DNA of 64,000 nt, from assembly GCA_963422735.1 (NCBI GenBank), contig OY730476.1:544001-608000 (forward strand). Direction: 5' to 3'. The notes below the pieces were generated by a model. It had not been told where the DNA came from and made no database searches. It saw only the letters and a program-made list of their open reading frames with translations. The stretch comes from Candidatus Latescibacterota bacterium (GTDB taxonomy: Bacteria; Latescibacterota; UBA2968; UBA8231). A program made the position numbers and the translations under genes. Shown here piece after piece: positions 39,753 to 49,796 of the stretch (positions are counted from its first letter, which is position 1; each line of letters opens with the position of its first letter).

Positions 39753-41134
39753 CTAAATGGGTTTCATTCGCACTGGGCGTTGCGCTGGCAGCCGGCTGCG
39801 AGACCAAGCCGGAAGCTCCGCCCTCTCCGCCTGTAGTGCAGCCGCCCCCGGTGGAGGATCCGCTGCTTATTGGGCGGGCCCTGTTGCGGCAGAAGCGCTA
39901 CGCGGACGCGCTGGCAGTGTATGGACAAGCGCGGAAGCGCCATCCGCAGTCGGGCGAGGTGCTAGCCACGCTGGGCCGGATCCACTTGGCCTTGGGCCAG
40001 CCCGAGGAGGCGACCCAATTCTACGAAATGGCCGTGGCCCTCGAATCCGACCAGCCCGAATGGCTCGTCGCCTTGGGCAATGTGCATCTGAAGCTGAGTC
40101 GCTACGACGAAGCCCACGCTGCGTTTGCCGCGGCCTTGGCCTTGGACTCGACGTACGCGCCAGCGCGGCGCAACAAGGCGGCAGCGTACAGCAAACAGGG
40201 GCGGCTGGGCGAGGCTGCCCACGAATATGAGCGCGCCTTGGCGCTGCGGGGCGAGCACCTCCACACCCGTTTCAACCTCGGGCTGGTGTACGCCAGCTTG
40301 GGCCGCTATGCAGACGCCAGCGAGGCCCTGCAACAGGTCTTGGTGGCAGCACCGAAAAATGCGCGCGCACTCTATGCGATGGGGGAGATCCGGCTGCAAG
40401 AGGGCAACGACGACGGGGCGACTGAGTACTTCGAGCGCACGCTGGCGGCCGACACCACCTACGCGGAGGCGCATCTACAACTGGGGAGGATCCAGATGCG
40501 CCAAAACGACCTAGCGGCTGCGGCCGACCGCTTCCGCCGGGCCATCCTACTCGAACCCGGGCTTGCTGAGTCCTTCCGTCTGCTGGGCCAGATCCACCTG
40601 CGGCAGGGCCGCGAGGCAGCCGGAGAAAAATCCCTTGCCGTCTACGAGAAGGTCGAGCGAGCCGAGGGGGATATCCAGCGCTACCGCGAGCTGTTGCGCA
40701 GCGATCCAGACGACGCTGAAGCTCATTACAGCTTGGGTTTTATATACAACCGCTTGGGGTTTACCGGCGTGGCCCTGCCGCACTATGTCCAAGCCGTGCG
40801 GATCAATCCCGAGCACGTGCGGGCGCTGAACAACATGGGGAACATCTACTTGCGCACCGGCCATTTCGACCAAGCGGCTGCTGCCTATCAGCAGATTATT
40901 CAGCAATATCCCGAGCACGTGGCCGCCTTTGCCGCCCTTGGGCAGGTCTATTTGAACCAACAGCGCACGGATGAAGCCATCGCCATGCTCAACCGCGCCC
41001 TCGCAATCGACAAAGACTGGCTCGGTGCCCACCAAGCCTTGGCCGAAGCCTACAAACGGCTGGGACAGATTGCCAAAAGCGAGGAACATAAACGCATGGC
41101 CGACGCCTTGATTAGAAAGCAAAAAGATGACTAG
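39749..41134 (+). CDS. TPR-repeat lipoprotein
   Basis: LAAGC lipobox, Pro-rich linker, about ten TPR units. Confidence 0.88.
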   Translation: MTKWVSFALGVALAAGCETKPEAPPSPPVVQPPPVEDPLLIGRALLRQKRYADALAVYGQARKRHPQSGEVLATLGRIHLALGQPEEATQFYEMAVALESDQPEWLVALGNVHLKLSRYDEAHAAFAAALALDSTYAPARRNKAAAYSKQGRLGEAAHEYERALALRGEHLHTRFNLGLVYASLGRYADASEALQQVLVAAPKNARALYAMGEIRLQEGNDDGATEYFERTLAADTTYAEAHLQLGRIQMRQNDLAAAADRFRRAILLEPGLAESFRLLGQIHLRQGREAAGEKSLAVYEKVERAEGDIQRYRELLRSDPDDAEAHYSLGFIYNRLGFTGVALPHYVQAVRINPEHVRALNNMGNIYLRTGHFDQAAAAYQQIIQQYPEHVAAFAALGQVYLNQQRTDEAIAMLNRALAIDKDWLGAHQALAEAYKRLGQIAKSEEHKRMADALIRKQKDD

Positions 41135-42893
41135 TAATGCGAGAAAATGGGCGGGGCTTGCAGCCTGCGCGTTGCTTTTTTGTTGCGCCCAAGAGCCGGC
41201 GGCCCCGGTCGCAGAGGAAGGCGGCTTAGTGGTGGCTGGTACTGCTTTGGCGCAAGTCGGCGACGACCTAATCGACGAGCGCACATTCCGCCGCTACGAA
41301 GCCCGAATCCAACCGCAGCACCGCTCGTTAGCGCAAGGCGTGGAAAAGCACCGCGAGCACCTGATGAGTTTGATCGACATCAAGCTCATGGTACGCGAGG
41401 CATATATGCGGGGACTGGACAAAAATCCCGAGTGGATCAAGGCCGTGGATCTCGCCCGGCACAAGGCCATGGTCGAAGCCTATCTACGCGAGCAGGTCGG
41501 CCTGCAAATCGAGGTTTCCGAAGACGAACTGAGGGCCAATTTTGCCGCGCACCCGGCCCGCTACGCAGTGCGCGGCGCGCACATCCTGCTCGACAGCCGG
41601 GCCCGTGCCGATTCTATCTACGCGGAGATCGAGGCCGGCCGGGCCACCTTTGAGGACATGGCGCGCGAGCACTCGCTGGACGCGGCGACCGCGGCCGATG
41701 GGGGATGGTTTGCTTCGTACTATGCCTTCGATCGGGTCTCAGACCGAGTGTACGAGCGCGTGTTCTCGTTGGACGCAGGCGAGGTTAGCCGGCCCTTTCG
41801 CACGCCCCAAGGCTGGGAGATCGCCAAGGTCGTTGATAAGGACTTGGTGTCTTTTGAGAAGTATCGCTCGGTGATTCAGCGAGCGACTTTCCTCGAAAAA
41901 ATCGAGAACTTGCGCAGCGACCACATCGACAAGCTGATCGCCGAGAGCGGCTTGCGCCCGGTGGGGGAACAGGTGCGGCGCTTTGTCGTGGCTTGGAACG
42001 AACAGCCTGGCGCGCCGCCGCTTGCGCCCGAGGAGTGGGCCGCCCCGCTCTACGAGTACGATGGCGGTGTCATCACCGTGCAGCAGGGCAGTTATTTGCT
42101 GCACAATACGCGGCTGGGTCGCGCCCAAATCGACAGTGCCTTGCTCGACGACCGCGTGCGTCGACGCGGAGCACCGGATCTGCTCTTGGGCTTGGCGGCC
42201 GAGCGCGGTGGATACGCCGAGCGGCCAGAGGTACAGGAGAAGATGGAAGCCGAAAAGGAGCGGCTGTTGCTCCAAGGGCTGTGGGAAGAGCTGCTCGAAG
42301 GTGCCCTAGCAGTAAGCGAAGAGGAAGCGCACGCCCACTACGAGGCGCATCCAGAGATGTATTGGGCACCGGAGGAAATCGTCGTCCAAGAAATCATGGT
42401 TGCCGACGAGTCGCTCGCCCGAGATCTGCTGGAGCAAATTCGCAATGGGGCCGACATGGGCGCACTGGCGACTAAGCACAGCATCCGGCGCGACGCGGAT
42501 GAAAACGGCGGCCTCTACGCGCTGCGCGCATTTGAAAAGATCGTTTACAAGGAGCTGATGGACGCGGCCATAGCCGCGCCCGAAAGGGAATTGCAAGGCC
42601 CGATTGAATTGGTTGACCCCTTGCCGTCTTCCCTGCGCGACCCTCGGCCTTTGGAAAGGGCCTTTTCGATCTTCAAAGTCTTGCAGCACCGGCCCAAGCG
42701 AGTGCAAGAATACGACTTGAGCCAACAGAAAGCCCACTACTTGGCCCGTCAAGCAAAGCAGCAGCGCGAATTGCGCACCCTCAACCTTGAGTTGCGAGAG
42801 AAGTGGCACACTGCATGGGGCATTAACGGCGATGCGCTCGCTCAGTACGCGCTTGCCAATGTTGATAAAGAGAAAACAGCGGCGGCTCGGTAA
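41127..42893 (+). CDS. Two-domain parvulin (PpiC/SurA/PrsA-like) peptidyl-prolyl isomerase, exported
   Basis: AHILL...A...FEDMAREHS.D.....GG, GEVSRPFRT..GW; second domain QEIMV...A..L...GADM..LA..HS......GG. Confidence 0.88.
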   Translation: MTSNARKWAGLAACALLFCCAQEPAAPVAEEGGLVVAGTALAQVGDDLIDERTFRRYEARIQPQHRSLAQGVEKHREHLMSLIDIKLMVREAYMRGLDKNPEWIKAVDLARHKAMVEAYLREQVGLQIEVSEDELRANFAAHPARYAVRGAHILLDSRARADSIYAEIEAGRATFEDMAREHSLDAATAADGGWFASYYAFDRVSDRVYERVFSLDAGEVSRPFRTPQGWEIAKVVDKDLVSFEKYRSVIQRATFLEKIENLRSDHIDKLIAESGLRPVGEQVRRFVVAWNEQPGAPPLAPEEWAAPLYEYDGGVITVQQGSYLLHNTRLGRAQIDSALLDDRVRRRGAPDLLLGLAAERGGYAERPEVQEKMEAEKERLLLQGLWEELLEGALAVSEEEAHAHYEAHPEMYWAPEEIVVQEIMVADESLARDLLEQIRNGADMGALATKHSIRRDADENGGLYALRAFEKIVYKELMDAAIAAPERELQGPIELVDPLPSSLRDPRPLERAFSIFKVLQHRPKRVQEYDLSQQKAHYLARQAKQQRELRTLNLELREKWHTAWGINGDALAQYALANVDKEKTAAAR

Positions 42894-42930
42894 ATTTTTT
42901 ATACTATTTAGCCTAGCGGGAGAAGAAATT

Positions 42931-44976
42931 ATGAAACGTCTAGCGGATTTGTGGCTTTGGTTCCTCGCCGCAGCATCGGCTACGAGCGCGGCGGCAGACA
43001 TTTCTCTATGGCAGATCGGTGGGAGCGGCCTCCGCTGGGCCGATAGCGACTCGGCCCAAGTAATGATCGACTTTGCTGGCCCGAATAACTCGATCCAGCC
43101 GGTGATGGTCAGCGCGGATACGACGGTCTTTCCTCTGCTCTACAATTGGTCGCCAAAAAAGAATCCAGATGAGCTGGGTTTTGTCGATGGGGAGCGGCCC
43201 CGCGCTTGGAAGGGCGGGGCCGGCACCTCTTCGACGGTTGACAACGCGCTCAACCTCATCGACGGCAACGGTGCGACGTACAATCCGGTGACCAGCAACA
43301 GTATTAACAACGAGTACTACACCATTGATTTGGGGGTGCCGGTGCCGCTGTTTCGCTTTGCCATGAGTACGCCAGACAAGGGGTTCTACCGCTCAGATGG
43401 GACTCCGCTAGAGGAAGACGCCATCCCGGCTTATGAGGTGTCAATCGCCGCGGACACCAACAACGATGTGCTGAATACGTCCAATCCCATCGGCGAAATC
43501 ATCGCCGATGCGCGCGAGAATGTCATCTCCAAGATAGTGGCTGATTTTCCCCTGCAATACGTGCGCTACGTGCGCTACAAGCGCAAGAATTCGATCCTCG
43601 ACGAGGCGACCAATCAGTCGTCCGGGCATTCGGGTACGGCGCGCAAGGGGACGGTGGCCGAGTTCTTCCTCTGGGGAGAGGGAATCCCCAAGCGGGCCAC
43701 TTATAAGACGACTATTTTCGATCTCGGCACGGTCGTCAACTTCGGTCGGCTGTTCTGGAAGGCCACGCCTATGCGCCTAGTTGACGGCGTGGCCGAGGAA
43801 GCCCCGGACGCCAACGCGCAGATCGAGGTCGAAGTGCGCACCGGGATCGACTCAGATCCGGACATCTACTACGAGTTCACGGATATGGGGACGCGCGTCG
43901 TCGTCGCGCAAGACCGCTATCAGGGCGTGCTGAAAAACCAGAGCGCGTCCGTTACTAATGCCGACGGGCTGGGCGGCACCCTGACCCTCTCTACTCGGCC
44001 CAAGCCAGGGCTTCGCGCCGGCATTGAGTACGACCAACAAAACTGGACGTTCTGGTCCTTTCCAACGACCGAGTCCGGCCGACCTCTCAACCTCAACCGA
44101 GGGTCGTATTTGCAGGTCAAAGTGGTGCTGCACAGCGAGCGGTTCGACGAGTTCGTGCGCCTCGATTCCCTGTGGATTGAGACCTCGCCGATCTTGGCCA
44201 GCCGCGTCGTAGCCGAGGTGGCCCAGCTCGGCCAGCCCAACCCGGCGCACGGCGTGGCCGAGGTCGCCTTGGGCGAGATGACGGACTTCACCTACGATAT
44301 CAAGGCCGATTTTGCGGCTGGGGAGGTAGGTTTTGACGCCCTGCGGATTAGCACCGGCAGCGCGCAGACCGAGTTCAAGGGGCTGGAAATGGATGGAGTT
44401 GCAACCGACCCGGCCGGAGTCGCGATTGCGGACGGCGGCTTTGTCGTGCAATTGCCGCAGCGCATAAGCAGTGCCCACAACCCGAGCTTGCGGGTGACCT
44501 TTTCCGCCGAGGTCTTCGACTTTGCGCGCACCTTTGAAGGCGAAGTCTTCAACACCGACAGCGCAGACCTGCCGCAGCCGGTTGAGGACGGGGACGTCAG
44601 CGACGCGATCGGCACCAATAGTCTGCGGGTCTTGGCTGTGCGCGCGGCCAATCCGCAGTTAGTGCAGAATGTGCAGTTTTCCAGCGACGTGATCACTCCC
44701 AACGGCGACGGGGTCAACGACGAGTTGGTCATTTCCTACTCGCTTTTCGCGCTGCCGCAATCGGTGCCTGTACAGTTGCAAGTACTCTCGCTGGACGGCC
44801 GTCGGGTGGCTCAAATCCAGCGCGGCCAGCAAGGGTCCGGCCCCCAGCAATTGCACTGGGATGGACGGGACCAGCTCGGTGAGACACTCGCCCCGGGCCT
44901 GTACCTTTTGGGGATCGGCATCGAGGCCGAAAACAAAAGTGCCCTACAGCTGCGGCCCATCAACCTCGCCTATTAG
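42931..44976 (+). CDS. Secreted discoidin-like/FlgD-Ig protein with type B CTD-like C-terminus (paralog 2)
   Basis: Signal peptide; LIDGN..T, TIDLG; WTFWS; GFDALRI; ITPNGDGVND...WDGRD..G..LAPGLY...LAY. Confidence 0.8.
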   Translation: MKRLADLWLWFLAAASATSAAADISLWQIGGSGLRWADSDSAQVMIDFAGPNNSIQPVMVSADTTVFPLLYNWSPKKNPDELGFVDGERPRAWKGGAGTSSTVDNALNLIDGNGATYNPVTSNSINNEYYTIDLGVPVPLFRFAMSTPDKGFYRSDGTPLEEDAIPAYEVSIAADTNNDVLNTSNPIGEIIADARENVISKIVADFPLQYVRYVRYKRKNSILDEATNQSSGHSGTARKGTVAEFFLWGEGIPKRATYKTTIFDLGTVVNFGRLFWKATPMRLVDGVAEEAPDANAQIEVEVRTGIDSDPDIYYEFTDMGTRVVVAQDRYQGVLKNQSASVTNADGLGGTLTLSTRPKPGLRAGIEYDQQNWTFWSFPTTESGRPLNLNRGSYLQVKVVLHSERFDEFVRLDSLWIETSPILASRVVAEVAQLGQPNPAHGVAEVALGEMTDFTYDIKADFAAGEVGFDALRISTGSAQTEFKGLEMDGVATDPAGVAIADGGFVVQLPQRISSAHNPSLRVTFSAEVFDFARTFEGEVFNTDSADLPQPVEDGDVSDAIGTNSLRVLAVRAANPQLVQNVQFSSDVITPNGDGVNDELVISYSLFALPQSVPVQLQVLSLDGRRVAQIQRGQQGSGPQQLHWDGRDQLGETLAPGLYLLGIGIEAENKSALQLRPINLAY

Positions 44977-44986
44977 GGAAGCACTC

Positions 44987-47419
44987 ATGTACAACCGAGC
45001 CATCGCCTTAGTATTGCTGCTTGCCTGCCACGCACGCGCCGAGTTTCTCACCTTCGCCAGCCAAGCGGCTTGGGAGGCCAACTGGTCGCTCAAGCCGCAG
45101 TTAAATATCTTCACCCCGGAGGGGCACCTAGGGCTGGTCAAGTTTCGCAAGGACATCAACGCCGCGCTCGACGCCCATCTCTTCGTCCACCCGACGAATG
45201 AGCGCGGGGATGTAGCGGGCGGCATCTGGTCTGCGCTAAGCAACCCAAACGACGCCCCCCAAATCATCGACGGGGATGCTGCCACCTTTTGGAAGCCGGC
45301 TGGTGGCGATCCACTTGACAAGTGGATCGTGCAAATAGACTTGGGCCGCGCAGTATTGGCCAAAGAGATCCGCATCTACTTCCCCGATGAAGAGGGGGCT
45401 AAGCCCTTCCGCCAGTTCAGCGTCTTCGCCTCTACGGGTGCCCACGTGGCGGCTTTAGAGGATGTATATCGCTTCGCGCCGATCTATCGCACGACTAAGC
45501 CCAACTTGGATACCTATGTCAGCTTTGGGTTCAAGCCGGCCGTGGAGGATACCACCCGCGCCGTGGAGCAACTGAGCGATGTCAGCGGTCGCGATGATTT
45601 TACCGTGGACTTATTCAGATTCAAGGCCAACACCGCAACGGAGACCGGCCAAGCGGATTCGCGGGTGGCGGCCAACTCCGAGTGGCAGACGATCCAGTTC
45701 ATCCGCTTCCTCGTCGATGAGCACCAGCTCGACGGCGCGCTCGCCGAGATCGAAGTCATTGCCGTCGGCGACAACATCAGCCTTGGGGTAGAAGAAAAAG
45801 GTGGCACCTACATCAATGGATCGCGGGCGACCGACCCCTTATTTTGGCTCGACGGCAACCTCAATACGTACGGGGTTATCGAGGTGCATCAGCAGTTTAC
45901 CGAGTCGCGCGGCACGGCCTTTGAAGGGGGCTTGTGGTGGCAGGTGGATCTGGGGGCTACCTACTGGGTTGACGACGCGTTCGTCTATTGGCAAAAGGCC
46001 GGAGAGCGCCTCGCCGACTTTCGCTTGGGCACCAACAACGCCGGCACGGGGTACACCTTTTTCTCTTCCGACGGGACCAAGACCTTGACCGGCGACATCG
46101 ACTTTGATACGTGGATTTTTGAACCGGAATGGACCAATCCCCGCGAACAATACAAGCGGCATTACCGCTATTTGTTCAATCCACGCAAGGTGCGGCACAT
46201 CTTCTGGCTAGCCCTGCACGACTTGGGCTGGCGCGCCCATCCGATGGAGCTACAGATGTTCTCCCCGGGCCACCCGGCCGAAGTCGCGATTCAATCGCAT
46301 TTTTTGGACCTGAGCGTCCTCGCTGGCGACGGACAGCCCAAGGTAATCAAGGCGCTTCACTACGACGCCGACCTGCCGCCCAATACCCAGATCGAACTGC
46401 GCTCCCGCTCGGGCAACGAGATGGGCGAGGTGTACACCTTTCACAACAAGATCGGCGAGGTCGTCACCGAGGAGAAGTGGAAAAGCTCGCCCAAGGTGCT
46501 GCGGGGCCGAGTGGATACCTCGGTTGTCGTCGGAGAGGAGTGGAGCGAGTGGAGCAACTTGTACAAGCTGTCGGGCGAGCCTTTTAAGTCGGACTCGCCG
46601 CGCAGGTTCGTCCAGCTAGAGCTGGTTATGAGCACGGAAGATCCGGAGGTGGCTCCCACGGTGCGCTCGGTCGAGTTGGAGTTTGTCGATGCGTTGGTCA
46701 ACGAGGCGCACGGGTCCATTCTGCCGCGCCAGGCCAAGCCCAACGAAGACACCCGTTTCACCTATATGCTATGGCCGTCCGCGACCCCGGAGAACGTGGG
46801 CTTTGACCGCCTGCGCTTGGTCGTGCCCGACTTGGTGCGGGCCGATGAGGTTGAGGTGATGGTCGCCGATCAGGCGGTCGTGCCGGCCGCCATGGACATT
46901 GCAGCGGATTCGCTGATGATCGACTTGCCGCAGGTGGTTCAGGGCGACTCCGTGCAGGTCTTCTTCACCACTCGGCTAATGAGGAACGCCGCGGTCGTAG
47001 AGGCCGATTTGGGCCTGAGCGACGCGCCCGGCCTGTGGCAGGACGTCGAGCCGGCCGAGCGCCGGTCCAACGTGGTGCTCCTGCCCGATCTGGCCGACAG
47101 CGACCGCTTGATTGGCGACTTGCAGCTTTCGAGCCGGATGCTCACGCCCAATGGCGATGGAGTCAACGACTTTGTGGCGCTGAGCTTTGTCGTCTTCAAG
47201 GCCCAAGATGCTATGCCTATGGTCGAGGTGCGCAGCTTGGGCGGTCGGCCCGTGGCCCAATTGACGCCGGTCGCAGAGGGGCCAACCCGCCGCTTTAGGT
47301 GGGATGGCCAAGACGCGGACGGTGCGATTGTGCCCCCAGGCATCTATCTCTGGCGCATAGACGTAAACGCAGACTCAGGTGACGCTATCGAGCTACGAGT
47401 TGTCGAGGTAGCCTACTAA
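44987..47419 (+). CDS. Secreted two-discoidin/FlgD-Ig protein (paralog 3)
   Basis: IDGD.ATFW..IDLG and LDGN.NT..VDLG; WSEWS; GFDRLRL; LTPNGDGVND...WDG...PGIY...VAY. Confidence 0.8.
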   Translation: MYNRAIALVLLLACHARAEFLTFASQAAWEANWSLKPQLNIFTPEGHLGLVKFRKDINAALDAHLFVHPTNERGDVAGGIWSALSNPNDAPQIIDGDAATFWKPAGGDPLDKWIVQIDLGRAVLAKEIRIYFPDEEGAKPFRQFSVFASTGAHVAALEDVYRFAPIYRTTKPNLDTYVSFGFKPAVEDTTRAVEQLSDVSGRDDFTVDLFRFKANTATETGQADSRVAANSEWQTIQFIRFLVDEHQLDGALAEIEVIAVGDNISLGVEEKGGTYINGSRATDPLFWLDGNLNTYGVIEVHQQFTESRGTAFEGGLWWQVDLGATYWVDDAFVYWQKAGERLADFRLGTNNAGTGYTFFSSDGTKTLTGDIDFDTWIFEPEWTNPREQYKRHYRYLFNPRKVRHIFWLALHDLGWRAHPMELQMFSPGHPAEVAIQSHFLDLSVLAGDGQPKVIKALHYDADLPPNTQIELRSRSGNEMGEVYTFHNKIGEVVTEEKWKSSPKVLRGRVDTSVVVGEEWSEWSNLYKLSGEPFKSDSPRRFVQLELVMSTEDPEVAPTVRSVELEFVDALVNEAHGSILPRQAKPNEDTRFTYMLWPSATPENVGFDRLRLVVPDLVRADEVEVMVADQAVVPAAMDIAADSLMIDLPQVVQGDSVQVFFTTRLMRNAAVVEADLGLSDAPGLWQDVEPAERRSNVVLLPDLADSDRLIGDLQLSSRMLTPNGDGVNDFVALSFVVFKAQDAMPMVEVRSLGGRPVAQLTPVAEGPTRRFRWDGQDADGAIVPPGIYLWRIDVNADSGDAIELRVVEVAY

Positions 47420-47436
47420 CCGGTTGGAGCGGTAGG

Positions 47437-49788
47437 ATGCTAAACAAATACGGGATTTGCTGCTTGCTCTTGGGACTATTGCTCTACGGTTCGAGCCGGG
47501 CGGAGGAAGTCCGCTTCGACACCCCGGCCGAGTGGGCGACTTGGGATATCCCGGTGGATATCGTCCAGTTTGCAGACGACGGATCGCTGGAACTGAGGAA
47601 ATTTCGCAAGGAGATCAACGCCACCCTCGATGCCCATCTCTTCACCCAGCCTACCCAGAAGCGTGGCGAAATCGCCGGGGGGATCTGGCAGGCAGGCTCC
47701 AATCCGATGGCGGCTCAGCGCATCATGGACGGCAATCTGGAGACGGTGTGGCGGCCCAATTCGGCCGACGACTTGGTCGATTGGGTGGTGACTATCGACT
47801 TGGGACGGCCCGTGCTAGCTGAGCGCATTCGCTTGGTTTTTCCCGACCGTACAGGCGCACGTCCCTTGCGTCAATTCAGCGTCTTCACGGCCAATGGGGC
47901 GCGCATCCAAGCCACAGACGATGTCTTCAAGTTCGACCAAGCCTTTCAGACGACCCAGCCCAACCAAGAGCAGGTCGTCGATATCGAGCTAGTCGGCGAG
48001 CGCGACATAACGCGAGTTCTCGACGAAAGCCTCGGGCTGGAGCCGGACGCGCTGAATACCTTCCGCATGGTGCGCTTTGTGCGCGTACGCGCCGACGAAA
48101 AGAGCGCGGACGCGGCCTTGGCCGAAGTGGAGGTGATCGCCGCGGGCGACAACATAAGCATCGGGGTCTTGGCGCGCGGGGGCAGCTTCGACAACGGGCT
48201 TTTGGCGCGCGAGCCGCAGAACATGTTCGACGGCATCACCGACACGTACGGCAATATATTCACCGTCCAGAGCAAAGGCGGTTGGCGCGAGAGCGGAGTG
48301 TGGTGGGCCGTCGATCTAGGTGCGCTGTTCTGGCTCGACGAAGCATTCATCTACTGGCAGAATCGAGGCGAGGGCCTGTCGAGCTTCTTGTTTGAGGGGT
48401 TGCAGGCCGGCACTGGCTACCAAGTCCTCTTTTCCGATGGGCGGCGCACCATTGCCGGCGACATTGACTACGCGCCGCTGATCTTCGAGCCAAGGCCGGT
48501 CAACAGCGCAGAGTGGGCCTTGCGCCACCACCGCTACGTATTTGCCCCGCGCAAGATTCGCTACCTGTTCTGGCATTCGCTGACCGATACCGGCTGGTTT
48601 TCCCACCCCATGGAGCTGATGTTGTTCTCGCCGGGCTATCCCGCGCAGGTGGTGTTGCGATCGGGCTTTATCGACCTCGGGCAACTCGCCGGCGACGGTC
48701 GCCCCAAGGCCATCAAGCGCTTGCGCTGGGAGGCGACAGCGCCTGACCAGACGCGGTTGCAAGTGCGCTCGCGCGCGGGCAGCACCCTGCAAGAGTTATA
48801 CACGTTTTACGACAAAAAAGGCGAGCAAGTCACCGAGACGCGCTACAGCAGCTTGCCCAAAGTGATCCGAGGCCCCATTGACACCATGGTCGTCGTGGGG
48901 GCCGATTGGGGTCCGTGGAGCAACTTCTACCAGTTTTCCGGCGAGGCATTTAAGTCTCAGACGCCGCGTCGCTTTATCCAGTTAGAGCTGATTATTTCCA
49001 CGGAGGATCCAGCCGTCGCGCCAGTGCTACACGCCCTCGCACTGGATTTTGAGGACGCGTTGGTCGCGCAGGCTACCGGGCAGATTGCGCCGCGCCGCGC
49101 CGTGCCCAACGAGGCGACGCGGTTTGCGTACACGGTGCGGACGAGCGCGGCGGAGGGCGACTCGGGTTTCGACCGGCTGCGCTTATCTACGCCGAGTGCT
49201 GTCGATGCAGCGGATGTGCGGCTGCGGATCGGCGGTGCAGAGCGCGAGGCGAGCGGGGTGCGCGTGGTGGGGGATTCGCTGCTGTTCGTCGATTTGCCAG
49301 AGACCGTGCGGACGGATTCCATCGCCGTGGAATTTACCACTAAAGTGCTGCGCAACGCCACGGTCTTTGCTGCCGACTTAGGGCAAGAGGCACGTCCGGG
49401 GCTGTGGCAGTCGGTGGAGGCGGCCGAGCGGCAAGCCAACTTGGTGTTTCTACCCACTCTGCCCGGCAGCGTGCGGCTGGTCGGCGATTTGCAGATTGTG
49501 CCGCCGGTGTTTTCGCCCAACGGCGATGGTATCAACGACCGCGTGCAGATCCGCTTTGCGCTGTTCAAGGCCGTCGATGCCACCCCGAGCGTGTGCATTT
49601 TCGACTTGGCGGGTAGGGAAGTGGCCGCTCTTATGTCATCTGATGGGGATGTGTTACAGTCATTTAGCTGGGACGGGTTGGATGCGTCGGGAGTTCGGGT
49701 TGCGCCTGGGGTGTACGTGTGCCGCATTGACGCGGGAGCTGACGCCGGACAGGGACGAGTATTCCGCACCCTAGCCGTAGCCTATTGA
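47437..49788 (+). CDS. Secreted two-discoidin/FlgD-Ig protein (paralog 4, closest to paralog 3)
   Basis: KFRK.INA.LDAHLF..PT..RG..AGGIW shared with paralog 3; WGPWS; FSPNGDGIND...VAY. Confidence 0.8.
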   Translation: MLNKYGICCLLLGLLLYGSSRAEEVRFDTPAEWATWDIPVDIVQFADDGSLELRKFRKEINATLDAHLFTQPTQKRGEIAGGIWQAGSNPMAAQRIMDGNLETVWRPNSADDLVDWVVTIDLGRPVLAERIRLVFPDRTGARPLRQFSVFTANGARIQATDDVFKFDQAFQTTQPNQEQVVDIELVGERDITRVLDESLGLEPDALNTFRMVRFVRVRADEKSADAALAEVEVIAAGDNISIGVLARGGSFDNGLLAREPQNMFDGITDTYGNIFTVQSKGGWRESGVWWAVDLGALFWLDEAFIYWQNRGEGLSSFLFEGLQAGTGYQVLFSDGRRTIAGDIDYAPLIFEPRPVNSAEWALRHHRYVFAPRKIRYLFWHSLTDTGWFSHPMELMLFSPGYPAQVVLRSGFIDLGQLAGDGRPKAIKRLRWEATAPDQTRLQVRSRAGSTLQELYTFYDKKGEQVTETRYSSLPKVIRGPIDTMVVVGADWGPWSNFYQFSGEAFKSQTPRRFIQLELIISTEDPAVAPVLHALALDFEDALVAQATGQIAPRRAVPNEATRFAYTVRTSAAEGDSGFDRLRLSTPSAVDAADVRLRIGGAEREASGVRVVGDSLLFVDLPETVRTDSIAVEFTTKVLRNATVFAADLGQEARPGLWQSVEAAERQANLVFLPTLPGSVRLVGDLQIVPPVFSPNGDGINDRVQIRFALFKAVDATPSVCIFDLAGREVAALMSSDGDVLQSFSWDGLDASGVRVAPGVYVCRIDAGADAGQGRVFRTLAVAY

Positions 49789-49796
49789 GGAATGCC

